A stretch of DNA of 64,000 nucleotides, from the NCBI GenBank assembly GCA_964016885.1, contig OZ024750.1, positions 7,936,001 to 8,000,000 on the forward strand, written 5' to 3'. Made by a program: the position numbers and the translations under genes. This document shows, piece by piece, positions 56,263-64,000 of the stretch (position 1 is its first letter; the number at the start of each line of letters is the position of its first letter). The stretch comes from Eledone cirrhosa (taxonomy: Eukaryota). The notes beneath the pieces were generated by a model. That model was given only the letters and a program-made list of their open reading frames with translations, had not been told where the DNA came from and searched no databases.

Positions 56263-57084
56263 AACTCATAAATATATATTCTAGCATTCTATTATATAAT
56301 ATGAGATCTAAGGTGAAATCTAAAAGGATATTAGTAAGACACGATACATCCTGGCTACAGATAGCTAATATACGCTACTCATTATATAATCAAATAAAAC
56401 AACAGAAAACTATTTCTAATATAGATGGAGTGAAATTATTTTCCTTAAAATTTACATAAAACTGTGTAAACTAAAATATAAACAAATTTTTTCTTTAATA
56501 AATGGCAGAAATCTTTACTATTCCTAGCAAAATATTAGACCGGCGAAAGTGTTTCCTATAAGTGGAAAACATTGTTTCCGAAATGGATACAAAATTATTC
56601 ATATTACAGATGGTGTTGATAATACAAAAAGAAACGACAACAAAAATAAACAAGAATAAAAACAAATGAATAAATAAAACGACTTGAGAGATATCCAAAT
56701 TTCCGAGTGGAACAGGGGAATATTCTATTTAATAAAGATACGTTACACATACTGAGAGGAACCAAATAAACACCGTGAAAGTAATATCGGGTATAACTTT
56801 CAATAAAACGTGAAGTGGGTTTCACTAAACAAATGAAAGGAATTATTGGGGCCTGAAATCAATATTCTACACATCTCCGCTAAAATCTATATACTCCCCA
56901 ATTCCAGTCTTTATTAGCCTTTCTATATTACATAAATACTTTCTACTGTTTCTTTCTTCTGTCGATCTTGTGTCAAATATAATAATTTATTATTATTTAT
57001 TAATAACTTATTAATCTATGGATAATAAATAATTTATTTATTATTAAGTAGTAGTGATAGTAAATATATTAATGATTTTTCTGG

Positions 57085-57125
<41 letters not shown>

Positions 57126-57183
57126 ATTGCTGTTTTTTTGTTAATATTTTTGTTGTCGTTTTGATTATTATTATTGGCAGTCA

Positions 57184-57412
57184 GGGATGTGGATTGGTAG
57201 TATCGGTAGAGGGTCGGACGATATGCTTTGCAACATAGAGTTACGGCCCTTTATGATCTGAGTTCAAATCCCGCCGAGGTTAACTTTGCCTTTCATCCTT
57301 ATGGGGTCGAAAAAATAAAGTACCAGTCCCGCACTGGTGTCGATTTAATCGACTTCCCCCCCCCCCAAAAAAAAAAAAATTGATGACCTTGGGCCTATAT
57401 TAAGAAACCATT
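57184..57412 (+). mobile_element. SINE, long-tail subfamily, followed by (ATT)n
   Basis: Contains the gtcgatttaatcgact insert that is absent from short-tail copies. Confidence 0.85.
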
Positions 57413-57416
57413 ATTA

Positions 57417-57453
<37 letters not shown>

Positions 57454-57721
57454 ATCATTATTATTAATCTTTATGCTGTTGTTGTTATTTGAGTTGTGAG
57501 TTGGTTGGACGTATGGAAGAAATTTATTTATTATGCCTGGATTTAACGGAAGACAGTATTTTTTGATAATGTCATCAATAGAACTTGGAACACTTTTACT
57601 GTCCACCATATTTTGCTTGAGAAGGAAATAACATTTCTCGTTGGTTATTATATGTTTTTATATATATTTTCAAATTTCATATTTGGAAGATGTTCTCACC
57701 CTAGTAGTAATAGCACCCGCG

Positions 57722-58259
57722 TAAACAGATACACCCTACCTTAAAGATAAAACAGATACACCCCTACCTTAAAGATAAACAGATACACTCCTACCTTAAA
57801 TATAAACAGATAGACTCCTACCATAAAGATAAACAGATACACCCCTACCTTAAAGATAAACAGATAGACTCCTACCATAAAGATAAACAGATACACCCCT
57901 ACCTTAAAGATAAACAGATAGACTCCTACCATAAAGATAAACAGATACACCCCTACCTTAAAGATAAACAGATACACTCCTACCTTAAAGATAAACAGAT
58001 ACACCCCTACCTTAAATATAAACAGATACACCCCTACCATAAAAATAAACAGATACACTCCTACCTTAAAGATAAACAGATACACTCCTACCTTAAAGAT
58101 AAACAGATACACCCCTACCTTAAATATAAACAGATAGACTCCTACCATAAAGATAAACAGATACACTCCTACCATAAAGATAAACAGATACACTCCTACC
58201 ATAAAAATAAACAGATACACTCCTACCATAAAGATAAACAGATACACCCTACCTTAAAG
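57722..58259. repeat. 27-bp minisatellite, about 20 copies
   Basis: Unit TAAAGATAAACAGATACAC(C/T)CCTACC(T/A), with no spacers. Confidence 0.95.
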
Positions 58260-58613
58260 AAAGAGAAAATTAGTGAAACGTTAATACAGATTTAAAAAGG
58301 GAAATCAAAACAATAAAGAAATAACTAATAACTCCGAAGAGATTCATATGGAGAACGGAATAATTACTTTGTTATAGAATTGTTAGCATGCTATATCTGT
58401 TTTGTTGTGTTGTAGAGGTTGTCTTATTTCTCCTTTAACATGAATGTTTCTCCTGTTAGTTGAATATTGTACAGAATATATGAAATTTGAGCTGTTTATG
58501 AAGTGTAGGAGGTGTTACAATATCATATGTCGATTATATAAATGTACATGTTGTTATTTTATTGGGCGGTGGTAAACGTGTAAAATATTTTCTGTGTTGT
58601 TTGTGTTATATTA

Positions 58614-58995
58614 GGCAGTGGATTGGCAGTATCGGTAAAGCGTCAGACATAATGCTTTGCAGTATAGAATTATAGCCCTTTACGTTCTGAGTTAAAATCG
58701 CGTCAAGGTTAACATTGCCTTTCATCCTTACGGGTCGATAAAATAAAGCACCAGTAATACACTGGGGATAATTGCAAAAAGTAAAAGAATTGTTTGTTTC
58801 TACTTTTGGCTCAATGTCAGTAATCTGAAGGGAAGGTGAAAGTCAACTAAATCGATCTCAGTGCTTTACTGGTACTTTATTTTATCGGTCCTTTACGGAT
58901 GAAAGGCAAAGCTAACCTCAACCAGGTATAAACCCAGAACGTAAAGGGCCACAAAGTATGCGATGTGATGCTCTTACGACTCTGTTAATACTCCA
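58614..58995. mobile_element. Two diverged SINEs, tail to tail
   Basis: Plus-strand copy at 58614-58790 and minus-strand copy at 58793-58995. Confidence 0.75.
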
Positions 58996-59911
58996 CCCTT
59001 ATGACTCAGTAAAGACAATAACACTACTTGGCACTGCACACATCTCACGTGCACCTAGTCTCTGTAGTGTGTTTATGATGAAGGAGGTTATATGTTGGAT
59101 ATGGTAGGAAAGAATCTGCACAGGGCATTTCTTTACAAGCCACATCCTTATGAATATCTTCAAGAACACTTACAGATGGATGTGTTGAAAGCTGATGTCC
59201 TCTAGGAAATTATCTGGAAAGTCAGTGAAAGTGGATGATTTGAAATTACTAAACGGCCTTCCTCTAAGTGTCTTGCAGCAAGATATGCAGGAGGCTTTGA
59301 TGTATTAGGGGAATTCGAGGGTGGGAGTGGGATATATGAGGTGTGCCTGAATCACTAAGTAGCTGACCGCATTTAAAAAACCCTTCCTACATTTTGCGTT
59401 TTAGGTTTTGACATGTATTGTTTTATATATTTTCTTTTACACAGTTTAAATTCCCTCCCGTGTTTCTATTTTTTCAGTGTATTCCCTTAGGCTATTCTAG
59501 TCTATCGAAGAAATTATCCCAATCCTCATTTGTTTTATGCACTTATTTAGGTTATTCATACATTTTAATAGTACACCGGTAAATTGTACGAGAAACACGA
59601 CTTATTCATCATCTTTACTATAAAATCACCATAAAACCTTGGTAACTATACTAAATATATATTAATCTAGAGTTACAAGACTGCAATATTATATTAGCAT
59701 ATTGTAATTACTCTTTTTTTATATTAGTGTGTCAGCTTATTTTCCAATATATTTGACATTTGACAGAATGAAATCTAAAAATAGAAGTCTTTTAGTAAAT
59801 TTTATAGACGTTTAACTTGTTTCTATTTTAATGCTAAAGTTGGATATGTTTTAAATGAAGTAAAGTCTCAGTTCTCGTATAACCCAGCATATCGCGCTTG
59901 AAATTATTGAT

Positions 59912-59978
<67 letters not shown>

Positions 59979-60051
59979 CACTATATATATAGCACTATAT
60001 ATATAGTACTATATATATATAGTACTATATATATATATGTATACATATATG

Positions 60052-60083
<32 letters not shown>

Positions 60084-60131
60084 TGTATATATATATATGT
60101 ATATATATATATATGTATATATACATATATG

Positions 60132-60270
<139 letters not shown>

Positions 60271-60271
60271 G

Positions 60272-60306
<35 letters not shown>

Positions 60307-60484
60307 ATATCCTGATGTCTTCCAAAAGTAACGGTTATGAAAGGGTATGTTAAAATGTATTTATAAAACTGGTATATATTGTATTTTGTCTGATGAAAGC
60401 ATACCATAATTTAACATGGTATCCTTGAAATATGTAAAATAAAATAGATATGGTTTTATAAATACAGTTTCCATTTGTTAATAT

Positions 60485-60561
<77 letters not shown>

Positions 60562-60788
60562 CATTAGTTAAGCAAAACAAGACCACAAATTTCACAAGGA
60601 AGACATTATTAAAAGATTGTCAACATATTTTAGTTTGATGTAAGGAATGTAGAGAATAATAATAATAATAATATTAATAATAATAATGTCCGTTTACAAT
60701 TATTTCGCTACTCCATATAATATTTCTGGATCAAATTATTATATATCATTATTGATCTGGTTCAGTTGAAAATATTTAACATAGGTTA

Positions 60789-60848
<60 letters not shown>

Positions 60849-60854
<6 letters not shown>

Positions 60855-61065
60855 AAATAAAATAAATAAGTCAAATGTTTAAAATTTGGCTTCATTTATT
60901 ACTGCTATATATATTTCGGTGACAGCCATCTTTGGCTGCGACCTCTTCAGGCAGTCCGAATATTAGTGTGGTAGAAACGAGTACACATGTTGTTGAGGTG
61001 TATAACTTTGTCAATACTCTGATATGCCCACTTCCTGGTTGGGTTGTTATTTCACTGAGGAACTG

Positions 61066-61068
<3 letters not shown>
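60849..61068 (-). mobile_element. Family E TA-flanked element
   Basis: (TA)n on both sides. Contains the hammerhead at 60901-60955. Confidence 0.75.
60901..60955 (-). ncRNA. Minimal type I hammerhead ribozyme motif
   Basis: Minus strand: ACTGC-CTGAAGA-GGT cg CAGCCA aaga TGGCTG tc ACC-GAAA-T-ATAT-ATA-GCAGT, immediately followed by AATAAA. Confidence 0.82.
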
Positions 61069-61116
<48 letters not shown>

Positions 61117-61124
<8 letters not shown>

Positions 61125-61577
61125 CGTATTTAAGAAAGCCACAACAATGCAAAGGGAAATCTCGAGGTAGGAAGTGAAATATAGATAGGAAAAACAGGTG
61201 AAAGTGAAAATTGAGAGAGACAAAGATGAAAACAAAACAAAGGTAGAAGGGTTACCGTAGAAGACAGGAATGCCGATAACGGCATTCCTGTCTTAACGAC
61301 ATCACAACTTTCTCCGCTTGGCCTGTTTTCCTCCTTTTGGAACTTTTCCCCCGTTGATGGGCGTGAGCCCGAAATATTGGGATTAAATCTCTACTACGGT
61401 AACCCTTCTACCTTTGTTTTGTTTTCATCTTTGTCTCTCTCAATTTTCACTTTCACCTTTTTTTCCTATCTATATTTCACTTCCTACCTCGAGATTTCCC
61501 TTTGCATTGTTGTGCCTTTCTTAAATACGTATTTTTACACATTTCACAATGCTTCAAGCAAACTTTAACACCCTCTT
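61117..61577 (+). mobile_element. Family H: TA-flanked element with ~144-bp inverted arms
   Basis: Arms at 61117-61260 and 61394-61537, an inner 15-bp hairpin at 61261-61294, and a hammerhead-like variant at 61347-61382. Confidence 0.85.
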
Positions 61578-61885
61578 ATATATATATATATATACATTCC
61601 CATATGCCAGGTTGCCTCTTTTGTAAGACGTTTAGTTTTATTGCATGGACCCTTCCAGCAAATAAAGGAAATATCGATCATCATTGCCATAAAATCCATA
61701 CTATGGCTGTGAGAATATCGGAAATGAAGTGGTGTTATAAAAGTTGTTTTCAGTGACCAGCCTGACACAATAACTTGTGTTTCTACAACAGGTCGATTTA
61801 ATTATTACGTAAGCAAGGTTTCGTAAATACATATCTATCTATCTATCTATACCTTTCTTTCTCTCTCCCTCTTTCATCCTCCCCA

Positions 61886-61926
<41 letters not shown>

Positions 61927-62247
61927 ATATATATATATATAATTTACTTCTTTCGAGGTAGATATAAATGAGGAAACCTTGACCAGAAAGACAAAAGATA
62001 CAAAAGCAAAGAAAAGAAACGATTTATTATGAAAATGTATTTGTTGCATTAAGTAATGCAACATGTTTTAACATAGTTGGCAGATTACTACTGATCAATG
62101 ATCATTTTATTTCATCTTTATTATCATCATTGTTATCGTCGTTCTCATTGCCATTAGCGCAATTGTCAATTGTCTATATTCAGTTACTTTTCTATACATG
62201 ATTTTATTTTTTTACATCTTTTTTATCTTATAGTGACCATTACTGTA

Positions 62248-62735
62248 TGTGGGGATGGTTGTAAGTGTTTGTGGATAATTGTGAGTGTTTGTGGATAATT
62301 GTGAGTGTTTTTGGATGGTTGTGAGTGTTTGTGGATAATTGTGAGTGTTTTGGGATGGTTGTGAGTGTTTGTGGATGGTTGTGAGTGTTTGTGGATGGTT
62401 GTGAGTGTTTGTGGATAATTGTGAGTGTTTTGGGATGGTTGTGAGTGTTTGTGGATGGTTGTGAGTGTTTGTGGATGGTTGTGAGTGTTTGTGGATGGTT
62501 GTGAGTGTTTGGGGATGGTTGTGAGTGTTTGTGGATGGTTGTCAATGTTTGTGGGTGTTTGTGGATGGTTGTGAATGTTTTGGGATGGTTATGAGTGTTT
62601 GTGGAGCGTTGTGATTGTTTGTGGATTGTTGCAGTGTTTGTGGGTTGTTGTGAGTGTTTTGGGATGGTTGTGAGTGTCTGTGGATGGTTGTGATTATTTG
62701 GGGATGGTTGTGAGTGTTCTGGGATGTGTGAGTGC
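62248..62735. repeat. 20-bp minisatellite (GTGGATGGTTGTGAGTGTTT)
   Basis: Visible directly. It degenerates toward the 3' end. Confidence 0.92.
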
Positions 62736-63949
62736 AAAGGGGTGGGGTCTATTGGATTTGAATCCTTGGTGACAGGGTTTTTAACAATGTTTCGATTTCC
62801 AATTAAAGCATGATTCATTCTCACATCTCCACCAATGCGTTAAGGTATAAACGCGTTTACATCATTGTTAATCACTTAAAATATAGAGCCCCTGTTTCTA
62901 CAGAATACAGACATATGATGTTTCGTTTTTACTATAATAATAACTATACCGAAGTAGATTTGGTTAAACATAAACTTTGTTTATAAGGTTTTGTTACTAA
63001 ATTGAAGTCATTCACTTTATTTATACTTCCCAAAACACAAGGACATATGTCACAGAATTCCTTCTCTACCAAGCTAGAAATCTTGAGAATTGCTTCTATG
63101 CAAACAGAGTGAAATAAATAACTTAAGAAAAAAAACTATAAAAATTATTCCAAATCTTCAGTAAATATATAGAAAAAGAAGAAAACGGTGTAGATGAGAT
63201 AATCTCCAGGATGTGGGGAATCTGTAATGTGGTTTAGGTACCTGCCTAAAGCAATGTTATCTCAATTATCGAGCTAATTATCCCACAGAAATCCCTATAT
63301 CTTACAATATCCCCGCAACTCTAAAAGATTATTTTTTCCCCATGAAAAAGAAATCGATAAAGTCACAATTAAATATGGCAACATACATGCTTACAGCTCA
63401 CAGACTTTACATAAAATATATATCTAAACAAAACACGCCCTCATAACACTGACGTACACTCACAAACACACACATACGCAAACACACAGACGCACACGCA
63501 AAAACACGCAGCTGTACACACACTTGCACATACGGAAGCACACTCAAGCAGGCACATTAACGAAAGCATGTTCAGGCAGGCACATGCACGCACAAATACA
63601 CACACGCGCTTGCGTGCACAGGCACACACATTCAAGCACACACATCTGTACAATTGTATGTTTACTATACCAAAAGATATTGTTTATCCTTTCATATTCC
63701 ACTGTATTATGAATAACGCCCTGTTGGTCTACTGCTAAATAATATCAACCCGCCCAGCGGGCACTTTATGCAAATAAGGATCTCCGTAAATATATTATTA
63801 GAAAAAAATCTATATACGTTACCAGTTTATTTTACCTCAGTACTGTGTAAATGTCACTGAAGATGTCACTGAAATATATATAGTGTTCTCACGCAGGTAT
63901 CGTCTTAGACTATAATATCCACAGCGAGACTTATGTGTGTTTATTATAG

Positions 63950-64000
63950 ATGGATTGGTATTGTCGATAGAGCGTCGGAGAAAATGCTTTGCGGTGTATA
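63950..64000 (+). mobile_element. SINE 5' end, cut by the window edge
   Basis: tggattggtattgtcgatagagcgtcggagaaaatgctttgc. Confidence 0.6.

Noticed and set aside
57722-58259. Possible CRISPR array or 9-aa repeat protein
   Set aside because: The 27-bp units are contiguous with no unique spacers, the context is eukaryotic and there are no cas genes.

Overview
AT-rich, microsatellite-saturated, non-genic animal DNA, most consistent with an octopus/cephalopod genome (inferred from the SINE types). I can support no intact host gene, and almost all ORF-track entries are translations of (TA)n/(CA)n/(GA)n or other simple repeats. The window holds about 30 copies of a tRNA-derived SINE (several with 15-18 bp target-site duplications), CORE-type SINEs, decayed non-LTR retrotransposons (R4/Dong-like, CRE-like, RTE/Expander-like), hAT, Tc1/mariner and piggyBac-like MITEs, several minisatellites and a 200-N gap. 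The main signal is a set of at least eight unrelated short (100-450 bp) element families sitting inside (TA)n tracts. They carry complete or partial type I hammerhead ribozyme motifs (CUGANGA...GAAA...NUH with paired stem I and a palindromic stem III loop), and four families form fold-back palindromes around the ribozyme whose inverted arm ends at a TA microhomology. A decayed GIY-YIG endonuclease fragment followed by a degenerate hammerhead suggests these are termini or non-autonomous derivatives of Penelope-like retroelements. Ribozyme calls are manual and cleavage activity is untested.
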